Shown piece by piece: positions 49,720-63,026 of a DNA stretch of 64,000 nucleotides. How positions within the stretch are numbered: position 1 is the stretch's first letter; the number at the start of each line of letters is the position of its first letter. The notes under the pieces are model-generated. The model searched no databases. It worked only from the letters and a program-made list of their open reading frames with translations, and was not told the origin of the DNA. Source of the DNA: Podarcis muralis (lineage: Eukaryota); assembly GCF_964188315.1 (NCBI RefSeq), contig NC_135656.1:90706001-90770000 (forward strand), written 5' to 3'. A program made the position numbers and the translations under genes.

Positions 49720-51697
49720 CTAGAAGAAAAAGAAACAGTTGTCATTTATCTTAGATATTCTACTTCCTGCAGTTGAACATCCAATCTAAAAAGGAGATTA
49801 CACTTATCTACACAGATTTATATTCAAAAAGGTTAGACTAGGGTCTACATGTAAGTAATAATTTCCTTTTCCAGATTTGGGTGTGGGGAGACCATAGGAA
49901 AATAGCAGGCAGGTGTTCCAGTAATGATCCACTTACAGAAATACCTCATAGGGCTGCCAGGCTCCAGGACCCAGGCATCTTGGCAAAAGTTTTTTGGATA
50001 GGTTTCGGGGCAAACTATTACTACCTGTCCTTTCAAAAAGTGCTAAATAATAGGCAGGCAACAGTTGGCACCAAAGTCACATTAAGAAAGGGAAACCTAA
50101 TTAGGACAGAGGTGGATACTTAAAAGAAAAAATGAGCATGTACACTATGCTCTGCACAGCAATAAGTTTAGCTATATAAATGCTGTGTACATACACAAAC
50201 CTGTTAAGTCACACAACCATGAAGAACATTGTAGGCACAGTCTATGCTATATATTCAGTCAGTTATAGACCTATAAACAACAAACTAAATGAAATTCTAC
50301 AAGGGCCAGTGCTTGGAATGAACTAGTTTGGTTTAATGAAGTCCACTGAATTAGTTCAAAAATCTCTGAACTACACCTGAAAGTTGTTCCCATAATCACC
50401 AGGCTGAATGTGAATTAATTTTTTTTGGAAGCGCAGCTTTGAACTGATTCTAGTTCATCTTCAAGTTCATTTTCTTACACGTGCTTCTTGCCTCTTTCTT
50501 TGGGCCTTTAAGCTTGAAGATCATAATTGTTGGGGAAAGCTAGTCACATTGCTGTCTGTGTGTGCATATTTTGATGTTTTCTTCTTAAATAACTTTTATA
50601 CTTCAGCACACCAGCTTTTAACATTCTGAATGCTGGAAAAAATGCCAAGGATAGTTTGGATGAACTTGAACTGAAACAGACAGTTTTGTAAAGCGATGAA
50701 CATGAACTGGAATTAGTTCCTTTAAAAAATGAACTTTCCTAGTCCTGATTAGGGCCATATATTTTGCAGGAGGGACAGAAAGCAACTAGCCTAGTAACAC
50801 ATGGCAGACACAAACAAAATCAAGAGTTAATTTTAAAAACTAGAATCTAAAGGATGGCATGTGTAATAAGCAGAGTATTAGGTCAAACAAAATGCCAATT
50901 GTCAACTCCAAATCCTTTAGTGATGGCAAGTTGACTCTTAGGAGCATCAACACTTATTTAAGAATACTGAACAGCTAGAAGTTAGGTTGCTTCAGTGTCC
51001 CTCCCAAAAGAAGAGGGGGTGGAGAGACCCGGAAAAGCCATTCCCTGAATGGAAGCCATCAGTCACAAAGCCACACCACTCTCCCCCGCCACCCTTTTAC
51101 GGAGAGATAGCCTGTAGGTGGTTCAAAAATGTATCAAACAGGACTTACAAACTGAAACCAAGAACCACCCTCTGAAATGGACCTGAAGCTTCAAGAGAAG
51201 CAGGCTTTGGTTTGGAGTCGGTCCAAATCTATCCAAAGCACGCTGGCTTTACTAGACTATATTGCTTAACAGATTTCAGTCTTATTCACATTTTAAGTGA
51301 ACTGTTTGTGATCAGCCTGTTTTTCCTTGTCTTTATACGTAGTTTTCCAATTACCCAGGTGCTGCCATAGACCAATTCCACCGCTCTGGGCAGAAGAAAA
51401 GACGGAACAGAAACATTTGCAGCACACTGTCAGTTCAAGGGTATTCAAGGAAAGACACCTTATAGAGAGTAAACTCAGAGTTCCCATATTTTAGCTCAGA
51501 AGTGTGACCTGCCAGTTTCACTTTTATGAAACCATATGTCAGTTAATTACACAGTTCTGAATTTATAAAAAATGCTAGTATATGTGTTGGCATGAACTGC
51601 TAAATGTCTGAAAGGATGCATGCAGTTTTGCAAGAACAGCCTTTATGAATCCAATTTGTGCACCCAGTGGAAGTTAGCACCTATGCATTTTAATTAC

Positions 51698-51768
51698 CTA
51701 TATTGTCCTTTTCTTTGCAGGAAATGGAGTAGCAGCAGATTTCTCTGTCTTGAATAGCAGCCAGGTTC
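51698..51768 (-). CDS. ARL8B: ARL8B exon 6
   Basis: [23 protein letters not shown]; 71 bp. Confidence 0.96.
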
Positions 51769-51996
51769 CTGGAAGAGAAGCAGCACAGGAACACATTGGT
51801 GATAATCCCTAATTGTAATTAATAGGAATATTTATAAGGTAACCCACTGGAAAGCCATCTTACCACTATTCCTAAGAATCACATTACAATATGAAACTAG
51901 TCTCTTAGACAACACCCCTCTTACCATAACAAGTTTAATTTTGAACACAGCAAGTCAGCACAGAGCATCCTATCATATAATTACTTAGTCACTTAC

Positions 51997-52064
51997 ATTT
52001 TTTCAATAAGTTGCTTCTCATCCAAAGCATTGGGAAGGTCTCTTTTGTTTCCAAGTACTAGAAC
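51997..52064 (-). CDS. ARL8B: ARL8B exon 5
   Basis: [23 protein letters not shown] (NKxD G4 motif); 68 bp. Confidence 0.96.
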
Positions 52065-52946
52065 CTGAAAAGAGAAGGTACTGTATTTATTTGTACCCCG
52101 TCTTCATGTGAAGGCAAGCTTACATTCTGTTTAAAACAAGATACTTACTTGCCCAATTTCATGTAAACCAGAGCATAGAGGGAATAAATTGGTAGTGTGA
52201 AAGAACCAAAGTTTCAGGTTCTATGCAGTTAAGCCTCAACAAGCTCAGGCTTTTATCTATTTGTAGACACAGTTTGAATTCAAACCAAACCTATGAAGAG
52301 ACTTCAAAGGGACCCCACACTCTGGCGCCACTAGTCGTCCCATCAGATGCAGCACAGAAACTGCATGCAGAGGCAGTAAAGGAGCAAGATGTGAGCACAC
52401 CAAGCAAGAAGCAAAACCAGAGGGCTCGCTTCCATAGCACCCTAGTCAGATTTGGTAAGTTTAGGTATATAGTGGGCTTCTTCAGTTAGCAGCATTCGCT
52501 AACTAAAACTTTTTGAACACAGATTGTCAAAACCTCTTAACAAGTTATTTTTAAGACTTTTCACATTAATAGCTTCCACTCTGGGAAACATTTGAATAGC
52601 CTTCATGTTTTGGGTATATTGCTGTAGTGTATTAGTTCTACTATGGAAACTTCCAGACAAGGATTAATACAAGAGGGATGGAGCTCCCAGAAATGGCTGG
52701 GAGAGACTTCTGCCTAAACTCTGGAGAGCCACTGCCAGTCATTATAGATAACCAGGAGGTAGATGGACCAATAGTTTGATTCAGTAGAAGGTCAAAAGCA
52801 TGCTTAAGAACATGGAACAGATGGAGCTGCAGAAGCTGAACACAAATGGAGTTTGACTGATTTGTGCACAAGGTAGAATTCCTTTCAAAACAAGTTAAAA
52901 CCTTAAAAGTTTGTATGGGACGAAGGGCCAGATGTTTACAACTTAC

Positions 52947-53040
52947 AGGGATTCCTTGTAGCTGTGGTTTGTCTAATAGATTGTGCAGCTCATTTCTAGA
53001 GGCTTCTATTTTTTCACGATCCGCAGCATCCACCATATAC
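52947..53040 (-). CDS. ARL8B: ARL8B exon 4
   Basis: [31 protein letters not shown]; 94 bp. Confidence 0.96.
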
Positions 53041-53600
53041 CTGTTAAAGGAGTTCAGTAAGTGACCACCGGGTTTATACAATATAAAACATTTGTGTAAG
53101 GCAATCCTATCTAAGCCAAAGTAACTCTAGCAAAATTGCTGGAGGTTATAAAATAGCTCACCAGTAACGGGTCAGTGCTGAGGACATATGCAACCTGGTA
53201 AAGCCATAGATATTAACATTAGCAGTAGCTGCTGCAGTAGGCAACTAGGTAGATTAGAGACTCTGTGCTGCAGTGTGAACTAGATTGTGTTAGAGTATGA
53301 GCTAATGTTTGCAGTTTGCTGGTATCATGCTGGGAATCCCTGTGAGGGATTAAAGAACAATCAAGTGGATTCACAGGAAGTAGATATGCAAGTCTTATTT
53401 GCTAGAGAGATTGATAATGCTTTTGGGATCAGAGCATTCACTCGACTAGACATTCTCCTCTGCACTGTATGTTAAGAACATGCTTTTGCTTTTTTTCAAT
53501 GTTTTACTTTCAATGTTTCAATGTTTTACTTTTATGCATTGGATGTTGCCTTGGAAGTCCAGTTAAAAGGTTTTTGTTCACAATTGCTTACAATAAATAT

Positions 53601-53848
53601 AAGAAGAAGAGTTTGGTTCTGATATCCCGCTTTATCACTACCCGAAGGAGTCTCAAAGCGGCTAACATTCTCCTTTCCCTTCCTCCCCCACAACAAATAC
53701 TCTGTGAGGTGAGTGGGGCTGAGAGACTTCAGAGAAGTGTGACTAGCCCAAGGTCACCCAGCAGCTGCATGTGGAGGAGTGGAGACGCAAACCTGGTTCC
53801 CCAGATTACGAGACTACCGCTCTTAACCACTACACCACACTGGCTCTC
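53601..53848 (-). mobile_element. tRNA-derived SINE (Squam3-like)
   Basis: Same family as 6488-6734. Confidence 0.85.
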
Positions 53849-54271
53849 ATCTAAACTAATTGTCAAGCTTTCATTGTCAAGCCATGGTATTGAGAAACTT
53901 CATTTTGAACAGCATCCACCATTTTTAGGGTATAGGACCCCAGGTTTTTGTAGAAGTACTGTGTACCTATACAACACAGTCAGTTTTTTTAAATGACATA
54001 CTTTCGTAGTGCTCTGAAAAGCACTTTCGACTAATTGTAATACATAATAATAGCAATAAGTAATAAATGCTACCAAGTGGTTAATGCATTTCCTTAGACA
54101 GTGAAATTTAACAGAGTTCAAATGGAAGAAAACCCAAGCTTGCACAGTTTGCAAGCACATAGCTAAACAGTTAAAGAGCAGAACTTAGCAGTAGAGTAAC
54201 ACACCTGAAGAACTAGGTACAACACAACAAATGCAGCCACAACCAAGTAATCACAAGATGTATATACTTAC

Positions 54272-54345
54272 ACAATAGCATTTACTCCTCTGCAGTAGCG
54301 TTCCCACATACTTCGGAATCGTGGCTGTCCTCCTATATCCCAGAT
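54272..54345 (-). CDS. ARL8B: ARL8B exon 3
   Basis: [25 protein letters not shown] (G3 motif); 74 bp. Confidence 0.96.
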
Positions 54346-55420
54346 CTTTTTTAAGAGACAAAATGGAGAATTATGTCTGGAGGCTGAATATAAAATTGCA
54401 ATGACTAAACTCGATGTTATACAAGTCATAAAGGAAGCTATGTGGACCAAAAAACTGAAAGCATTTTGTCAGCCAGGAGGAATAACAAAGCAGGTTTTCC
54501 ACTAATATTGTTTTTACTGCAACATGAAATTTGTTCTGGGAGATGCTTACATCCGTAGAACGAATGACCCAAGTAACACAAACAGAGGACTAATCCCTAA
54601 TTCACAGTTACAGTGACAAAACCTGATACAGGCAGCGACCTTTTGGAGTGTGTTTAATTGATGCGCAACAACCGACGCAGGTTTGTTTTGGACCTGGAGG
54701 CAGAAAGGGGTGGGCTTATCCATCAACGCATGGGACAGCCAGGAACGCAACCCCCACACAAATAGGGGGTTACCTGCATATGCCACCAACCCTCCTCCTA
54801 TGCAGCATGAACAGCAGCAGCCGGTTTCAATGCTCTTTCTCTTTGTAGGCAGTTTGGAAGAGGTACAGCAGAGCTCCAAACCTTGCCACTCTGCTTTCCA
54901 CCAAAATGTCCACTGATGTGCTGAAAAGCTGCCCCACCTGCCCGTGAACCCTCAAGCATGACTCTTGCAGGCCCCACCTTAAGGAACAACTGGACTAATG
55001 GGGGTTGTGCATGTTCCCATTAACACTTTCCCAATAACTGCATGTCAGGGCAGCCAGGTCCTATTAAACACAGACTGCACACTTAATCACCCAAGTTGCA
55101 GGAACCCATTGCCTGATTTCCTCTAACTACCCTAAAATGCATATAATTCTAAAAAATAGCTATCCTTCAATACTAGATATGGGGAACCTATGGCCCTCTG
55201 TATGTTGTTGACCACCACTGGCCATAGTGGCTGAGGCTGATGGGAGCTGAGAGCCCTACACAATATCTGGAGGGCTGCAAGTGCTGCATCCCTGCTTTAT
55301 AATGTAATAATAATAGCAGCATCGGGGGGGGGGGGGTATCAACGAAGCTTACAGTTGTCTTGGTAGCCTTTTAAAAGTTATCAATTGCTTACAACCGACT
55401 ATAGGAAGCTAGGATTCATA

Positions 55421-55749
55421 TAAAGGTAAATGGACCCCTGAGCATTAGGTCCAGTCGTGGCTGACTCTGGGGTTGCGGCGCTCATCTCGGTACAGCTTCC
55501 GGGTCATGTGGCCAGCATGACTAAGCCGCTTCTGGCGAACCAGAGCAGCGCACGGAAACGCCGTTTACCTTCCCACCAGAGTGGTACCTATTTATCTACT
55601 TGCACTTTGACATGCTTTCGAACTGCTAGGTTGGCAGGAGCAGGGACCGAGCAACGGGAGCTCACCCCGTCGCGGGGATTCGAACCGCCGACCTTCTGAT
55701 CGGCAAGTCCTAGGCTCTGTGGTTTAACCCACAGCGCCACCCGTGTCCC
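55421..55749 (-). mobile_element. Sauria SINE with 16-bp TSD
   Basis: TSD CTAGGATTCATATAAA at 55409-55424 and 55749-55764. Confidence 0.9.
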
Positions 55750-56011
55750 TAGGATTCATATAAAACAGCATAAATAACTTTCAAGCTTGAAACAGCATCA
55801 AGTGTGGCACACAGTGCCCCTCTATTACAAATTTTGAGCCCAGCAGACAATATTAATAGGATGATGGGTACGAGAAGCAGTCAGGGAATGAATGGGTGGT
55901 AGAATGGAAAGGTTTTATGCCCCCCAGGCTTGAACTGGTCTCCTTTCATTTGCTTCCTGAGAAGTGGTTAGCAGGACAATGTATTTGCCTTCATAAACTA
56001 GAAAAACGTAC

Positions 56012-56092
56012 CTTTATTGTGACATTACCCTTGGTAACTTTCCGCATGTTGAAGCCCACTGTAGGAATCATATCCTCACTGAACTGACCTGA
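56012..56092 (-). CDS. ARL8B: ARL8B exon 2
   Basis: [27 protein letters not shown]; 81 bp. [10 protein letters not shown] and synteny with EDEM1 favour ARL8B over ARL8A. Exon 1 is outside the window. Confidence 0.95.
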
Positions 56093-57009
56093 CTGAAGAA
56101 AGGAAAAAGCACGGTCATTAGTAGGGGGCCGGCAGAGGATCTCTCAGGCAGATTAATTAGCTGTGCTAAGCATGTGCCTACATGTTTTCCCACTGATGCA
56201 AGAATCACGGTTGAAGTGCCAGAGAAAATTAAATCTGTAGGAGAGCTCTAACCAAGATTTCATGCTTCTTTCTAACATCCTTTTCAGAAGGAACAAGTTT
56301 GCAGTTGAGACAGTCAGTGAACAAAGATCACATGAGAGGCCATGAGCATCACCAATAGAAGGGAGGGAGGGAGGAGTAAGTCAGCATACGCTGAATCACA
56401 CACAATGACCCCAAAGGGCCTCCAGATTTATGAAGGTAGCATAGGAAGAGTTCTCAAGCTTCATAGCACTACCTGCAAGTTAAGCATGCCACTCCCAAAA
56501 ACAATTTTCCTGCAATCACATTAAGAAACTATTAGTCAACTTGGACAGAATGTCTCATCTTTTTCAAGCGAGTTATCTACCAGAAAAACAGTACACTCAA
56601 CTCCTTGGTGTGACAGGATAGTATCTGGAAGAACCTGAACAACGTATGCACATCATGGGAAGCTTTACTAGCATCAAATTGCATAATTTCTGAGTATTAA
56701 ACTTGCAAGACTACTCTGGGATGCGTCTGAGCCTGAAGAATCTGGGGAATATTTTTTCAAGGTAAGGTTTACTGTGCTGCAGGTGGATTACTGCAGACCA
56801 CGACTGAGCAACAATGCTGGAGTAGGTTCAGATACCAAGAGCTGTGTTTAACTCAACCCCAACACACACATAAAACTCACCTGCAAAAGATTACTTAGGC
56901 AAAGCCCTGTATATATTATTCTCCTTTCAAGTTGCCTGCTCTTTTGAGACTAAAGAATACAAAGCAAGGCTATCACCAAGCTCTTTGGCCATGAGTCTGG
57001 TATAATATA

Positions 57010-57214
57010 CAGTGGTAACTTGGGTTAAGTACTTAATTCGTTCCGGAGGTCCGTTCTTACCCTGAAACTGTTCTTAACCTGAAGCACCACTAGGCTAATG
57101 GGGCCTCCTGCTGCTGCCGCGCCACCAGAGCCCGATTTCTGTTCTCATCCTGAAGCAAAGTTCCTAACCTGAAGTGTATGTAACCTGAAGCGTATGTAAC
57201 CCGAGGTACCACTG
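57010..57214. mobile_element. Tc1/mariner (Tigger-like) MITE
   Basis: TA-CAGTGGTAACTTGGG ... CCCGAGGTACCACTG-TA; homologous to 41381-41593. Confidence 0.88.
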
Positions 57215-57956
57215 TACAGGAAAAGCCTGATCCAGTCAGTGCATTTCAAGTCCAGTCTTGATGTTACACATAACACATTATTTTGTAACATTGTGACTGG
57301 TATGATTAGCTGCCACTCATCACTTCAGTTGTAGATTGTATGTTCTATATAGACAGACATATTTAAAAGCCATTTTACAGTGACGCAATGGGCCTTATCC
57401 CACATGAGACCACGGTAGCACCGCTAAAGCCATTTGTAAGTTTTTGCCCTTACCACTCAATGAACACTTGAAGTCCTGCACTGTGCTGTTTTAGAGCTTT
57501 CCCACCAATTTTATATTACTTACTGAAACACAGCTTGCTGTTTTTACAAGCACATCAAAGTAGTGAAGATTATACTATGATCACAATGCATTGAACATGC
57601 CCCTGTACCTTAAAAAAGCAAAGCAGATCCACACAGAGAGTTTGCATTGATTCAATCAATTTGCTGAGTTATGAACTACAAGCAAGTACGGTTCAATTGT
57701 TTTTAATTGATAAATGTTTAAACAACCCTCTGCTCTTGTGTGACTGGCTATGGATAAATACCTTGTTTTAATTCAATCCAAGTGACAACACTTGGAGAGA
57801 GACACACATAGATTTGTTTTCTTCAAGTGTATCTTAGTATACCATCACTAGGAAAGGAGAACACCAGATCTACAAAATACAAAGACGCATTGCAGGTTTC
57901 TTCACTTTCAAAGCCAATATTATTAAGCACAACCACAGAAAAACAAATGTTAGGTA

Positions 57957-58418
57957 CCGTATTTTTCGTTCTATAGGACGCACTTTTTCCCCTCCAAAAA
58001 TTAAGGGGAAATGTGTGTGCGTCCTATAGAGCGAATGCAGGCTGCGCCGCTAGGCCCAAAGCCAGAACAGGGAGACGGAGCACTGCGGAGGGCTCCGTCT
58101 TGCTGTTCTAGCTTGGGGATTTCTGCGCGCACAGCCTCTCCAGGGCAGCGGGGTGCCTTCAGAAGCTAGCAAGGCTGTTCCCAAGCCAGAACAGCGAGAC
58201 GGAGGGCTCCGTCTCGCTGTTCTAGCTTGGGGATGGCTGTGCGTACAGCCTCTCCAGGGCAGCGGGCGCTGCGCTCCAAAGGCTTCAGGGATCTTTGAGG
58301 CTGGCGGTGGGGAAAAGCAGTGCTTCCCCACCACCACCAGCCCCACAAGCCCCTGAAGCACTATTTCTGGGTTAGCGGAGTCTGTAACCTGAAGCGTATG
58401 TAACCTGAGGTACCACTG
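57957..58418. mobile_element. Chimeric mariner-type MITE (left end of one family, right end of another)
   Basis: Left end TA-CCGTATTTTTCG resembles 10455; right ~65 bp match the end of 59605-59846 (GAGGTACCACTG-TA). Confidence 0.7.
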
Positions 58419-59604
58419 TATTTCTTTCCCGACTACAACCCACTTGGCAGTGCACTTGCAAAATGTGTTCAGCTCAGGTGACCCTTTCAACAGGTGATCC
58501 ATTAACCAGAAACCTCCTGTACTGCAGGAGTGGAAAAAGCTTAAAGTTGGCAGGCAAAGCAGTGAAGTCCAATGAGATCCTACTTCAACTTATATATAGT
58601 GTCACCAAATAAAGCAATCCTACAGGTAAGAACTACTGCTAAGGCCTGGAAACAATTATAAGAACAGGACTGGCAAGAATTAAGATGCCCAAATTTTACA
58701 CTTATCAGTCTCTATTCTGCCATGGAGGGGGGGAAACACTGGGCATTTCTTTCCATTCCCTATTCTACTTTGCTAGCTTCTCCTTTGTGCTCTTAGTTGA
58801 CAGCTCTACCACTTCCTCAGTTTAACCAAATGAAATAAAAGTCAAAGTGGTCATGAGTCTGTAATCCTACTCGTGACTAGGGAATCACCTGACTGTTTAG
58901 AAGCAGGCAGCTAGAGACCTATAATCTCTGAGTTACTGGAAAATATACTCATGAACGTGTTTTAAAACTGATGCTTCAAAGGAAGATTACAGCCAGGAAG
59001 TAACCTGAAACAACACTCATTAGATTTAGTGCTCCTTACACAGCTTTGTTATTTAGTATGATCCTATTTTATATGACCACTAAATTAAGGTTAAGTAAGG
59101 CTAAAGATACACACGCTACTACAATGATTTTGTAAACCTATTGTCCACCTACCAGTTAACTTACTGCTGTGCATGCTGCAAAATTTTATGCAGTAAAAAT
59201 TATCTATGATACTAATTTTCTGAGTATTAAAAATTGAGAATCCTACACTTCTATAAGTTTACAGAATTATGGTGCAGTCCTGAGTGCAGAACACTAAATG
59301 CTTATTAAGAATGAGGTTAGCCCAAGTAACTTTCCTATTATTGTATATAAAACCTCAGATTTAATAGTGATCCAGCTCCTCCCAAATTCTACAGTAAAAC
59401 AGATATGAGTCTATCAAGTTTAAATCAAAGATGGACAAGCCAAGTACTTCTATAGTTTAAGTTTCTAAAATGATACATCAGGAATTTAAAATGAAGGTAT
59501 TCACTTGAGATTCCTAGTTTTATATATATCAGTGCAAAATGATTAATTCCCAGAATATACAGGAGCCAACTTTATTTGTATTGCAAAATGAAACAAGTTA
59601 ATTA

Positions 59605-59846
59605 CAGTGGTACCTCGGGTTAAGTACTTAATTCATTCCGGAGGTCTGTTCTTAACCTGAAACTGTTCTTAACGTGAAACACCACTTTAGCTAATGGGGC
59701 CTCCTGCTGCCGCCTCGTCGCCGGAGCCTGATTTCTGTTCTTATCCTGAAGTAAAGTTCTTAACCTGAAGCACTATTTCTGGGTTAGCAGAGTGTGTAAC
59801 CTGAAGTGTATGTAACCTGAAGCGTATGTAACCCGAGGTACCACTG
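59605..59846. mobile_element. Tc1/mariner (Tigger-like) MITE
   Basis: TA-CAGTGGTACCTCGGG ... CCCGAGGTACCACTG-TA. Confidence 0.9.
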
Positions 59847-60303
59847 TACATTGACTAGCTGAGGACAGAATGCTGGTAGATCAACCTACTTTGGCATTTT
59901 GGACTTTATATGGCAAAATGGGAATATTGTTATCTACAAAAGTAGGATTTACTATACTTTGGGATATATCCAATGCCACACACATCAAGTTCCAATTGCC
60001 CAATGGGATTCTCTCTTCTTCTCCCCTCTTCTTCCAGCCCTCTGGAGCAGATTCTGAGGGGTTGCAGGAGAAAGGAGAGAGGAAAGCTTCACTGAGCAAG
60101 CAGAAGTCTGCTGCACTAGCAGAGCAAGTGTTGGATACACCCTTTTAAGCTCATGACAAAGCAGATTACTATTCCAAAGTAGTTAAACAAAACATACCAG
60201 TTTTGGAAGTATCGGAAGGAATACAGTTATTTCCATGTGTGATGAACTTGCTCAACTCCAAATAATTTTGCAATGAAAGATTTGGACCTGAGGTCTTTAA
60301 CAG

Positions 60304-60690
60304 TGTTGGTGCTGACCTTTAAAGCCCTAAATGGCCTTGGTTCAGTATACCTGAAGGAGCGTCTCCACCCCCATCTTTCTACCTGGACACTGAGGTCCGG
60401 TGCCGAGGTCCTTCTAGCGGTTCCCTCATTGCGAGAAGCAAAGCTACAGGGAACCAGGCAGAGGGCCTTCTCGGTGGTGGCACCCGCCCTGTGGAACGCC
60501 CTCCCACCAGATGTCTTCTAAAAGTCTGGTAGTTGTTGTTCTCTTTAACATCTGAAGGCAGCCCTGCTCAGGGAAGCCTTTTAATGTTTGATGGATTACT
60601 GTATTTTAATATTTATTTGGAAGCCACCCAGAGTGGCTGGGGAAGTCCAGCCAGATGGGCGGGGGATTATCTATCTATCTACCTATCTAT
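60304..60690 (+). mobile_element. L2 LINE 3' end
   Basis: VLVLTFKALNGLGSVYLKERL...RAFSVVAPALWNALP ORF2 C-terminus, 3' UTR and (CTAT)n tail. Confidence 0.85.
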
Positions 60691-60869
60691 TTATTTATTT
60701 TCACAGCATAAAATAACTTTTAGATCCATTGTATTTGTTAAAATGTGCAAAAAATGTGAAAATAATCAAAAGTAATCTTGCAAGTTATTAAATGCTGCCA
60801 GAATATGCATGTAAAGCACTGGAAACTGCCGACAGACAAAGTAGGAAATCAAGTTATACGAGTGTACCA

Positions 60870-62000
60870 CGATGTCAAAGTTAGCAGGTTGCATAAGAGT
60901 AGCAGAGAAGAGAATCATCCTTATGCATCTAAAATACCTCCCTAAAATACTGTACTGTGATTATCTGTCAAAAAGCAGCAACAGGTGGGACATTACAGAG
61001 CATGAACGCCTCCATGAAAAAGGTGAGGCTCTATACCCTCACTTCCAGCCTCTCTTTCAAGTACTGAGGACATACATATGGGAGGTGCCCTCGTGTTCAG
61101 AAGGCTGCCCCATAGTTACCAAAGCACAGAAGACAGGCACCAAACCCTTGTTCCAAATGAACTCCATCAGAGCTGGTGAATGGTATAATAGATTGTCACC
61201 ACCATTTAAAAACCAAGCAGAAAAGCCAGTGTTTAAGAGAACTTCCAGGCTATGCACCTTGTCCTTTAGGAGGGAGAGGGCAACCCCAGGGCAGGCAAAC
61301 ATCTGACTAAGAAACCCAAGGTTAGCAATTTAAACTCTTAACCTTGAACTTGCTTGTGCATGGATGTGGGCTGAATGAAGGCTAGCATCTTTTCAAGAAC
61401 TGAGCCCACTGTTTCTGGATTTGATGAAAATGGAAGATGGGCAACATCAGCATAATAATGACATCACATGCTTAGCCATCTTTTCCCATAGTTGCATACA
61501 GGTGTTGCAAGCATGTGATAAAACTTTGCAGCACCTCCGTCAGGTAGGGTGGAACCAATGCCAAGTAGTGCCCTCAGTTCCCATGTTTATCAAGTTATCC
61601 AAAAGGATTTGATGACCTCGCTATATCAAGCATCCCTGAGAGGTCCAGAAGAATGAATGGTAACAGTGCTTCTGTCCAATTCAGATGGAAGTTATTGACC
61701 AAGGCCACCACAGTAGGTCACTGCCCGAGGGAACACGATGCAGCCATTTTGCTGAAGCTAATTTCGGTTTGCAAAGTGCCCAAGTGGGAAACTGCCTGGG
61801 AATGCAATGTATGACACCTTGCGTGCCACGATGCAAGCAAGCTGGGAGATAAATTTGCTAAACAAAATATATCAACACAGGAATTATATTATTGGTTTGT
61901 CTAGAGCCAGTCGCCAAAATATTAGCTTCAGTATGTTCTGCAGAATCAAAGTTAGGATTGCTTTGAAAAGCAAGTCATCGCATCCTGCTTGCTAGACTTC
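60870..62000 (-). mobile_element. Degraded L2 LINE RT region
   Basis: Decayed RT-like translations, e.g. GVALSLLKDKVHSLEVLL and VFCALVT; boundaries approximate. Confidence 0.55.
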
Positions 62001-62809
62001 TTTCATTACCCAAGCAGTCTTTCAGCTATGATAGCCATTTAACAAGTAAATATAATCCTACAACACGTGTGGTGGTGGTGCTTCTTTAATGCTCAGCTCT
62101 CTCCACAGCATCACCAAATCTGCATGCCAGACAACTTGCAGAAACATTCACATTTATTTAGCACAAGTTCAGCATACACTGACAGACCTACAATTTTAAG
62201 ATTGTGAGAAATTTTAGTCTCTGAATCTTACATGAGAAATGCTTATTCTTTTCTCATATGCATGTACCTACTCGACCCAAGATTTACAGTGCTTACAAGC
62301 CATAATTGTAAGCTTCTACATGTACCATACTGCACCCTTCTTCCAGGGAGTTCCGGGTGGCACAAGGTTTTCCTGTGAAGCGGCTCAAGCAAAGAGACTG
62401 ACAACTTTCCCAAAACCACCAGGGGCTCAACAGAGATTTTAACACTATTTATTTATAGAAGTACTTATATACAGAAATATAATGGCAGCGTAAGGAACAC
62501 ATTAAATCGATAAACAGTGCAAAACAATCATTAAAATGACTGGCCGGTCAAATTAGCTTCAAACAGCTGTGCTGGTCAGTCAGCATAAAAAGGTCTTCCA
62601 AAAGTTGTCACTACACTGCAGAACCATAGTATCCCTATATAGATTATTCACTAAAACCATGCAAATGCATACCTAACTATCAGTCCATGTAAAGAATAGG
62701 GTACTTGTCAGATCATAGTTTGCTGCGCTCAAACTGAAAGCAGTTAGTACACACATTCTGCTTAACCCTCAAGTTAGTTTAGGGTAGTCCGGGGAACCAC
62801 CATCTAGAG

Positions 62810-62905
62810 CAGTGGTTCTCAAACTTGGGTCCCCAGATGTTTTTTGGCCTACAACTCCCATGATCCCTAGCTTGCAGGACCAGTGGTCAGGGATGAGAAC
62901 CCCTA
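62810..62905. mobile_element. Internally deleted hAT MITE
   Basis: CAGTGGTTCTC ... GAGAACCCCT; body similar to 45752-45887. Confidence 0.55.
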
Positions 62906-62980
62906 GACAGATGTTGCACCTAAAGTCTCATCCAATAGAACAAGTTTCTGAAAGTTGTCCTATTGTTAGGCTACTGTAGA

Positions 62981-62984
<4 letters not shown>

Positions 62985-63023
<39 letters not shown>
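62985..63023. repeat. (TG)n microsatellite
   Basis: Read directly from the sequence. Confidence 0.95.

Positions 63024-63026
<3 letters not shown>

Noticed and set aside
41381-59846. Repeated AACCTGAAG units as a CRISPR-like array
   Set aside because: Subterminal repeats of mariner MITEs in eukaryotic DNA; no repeat-spacer periodicity.
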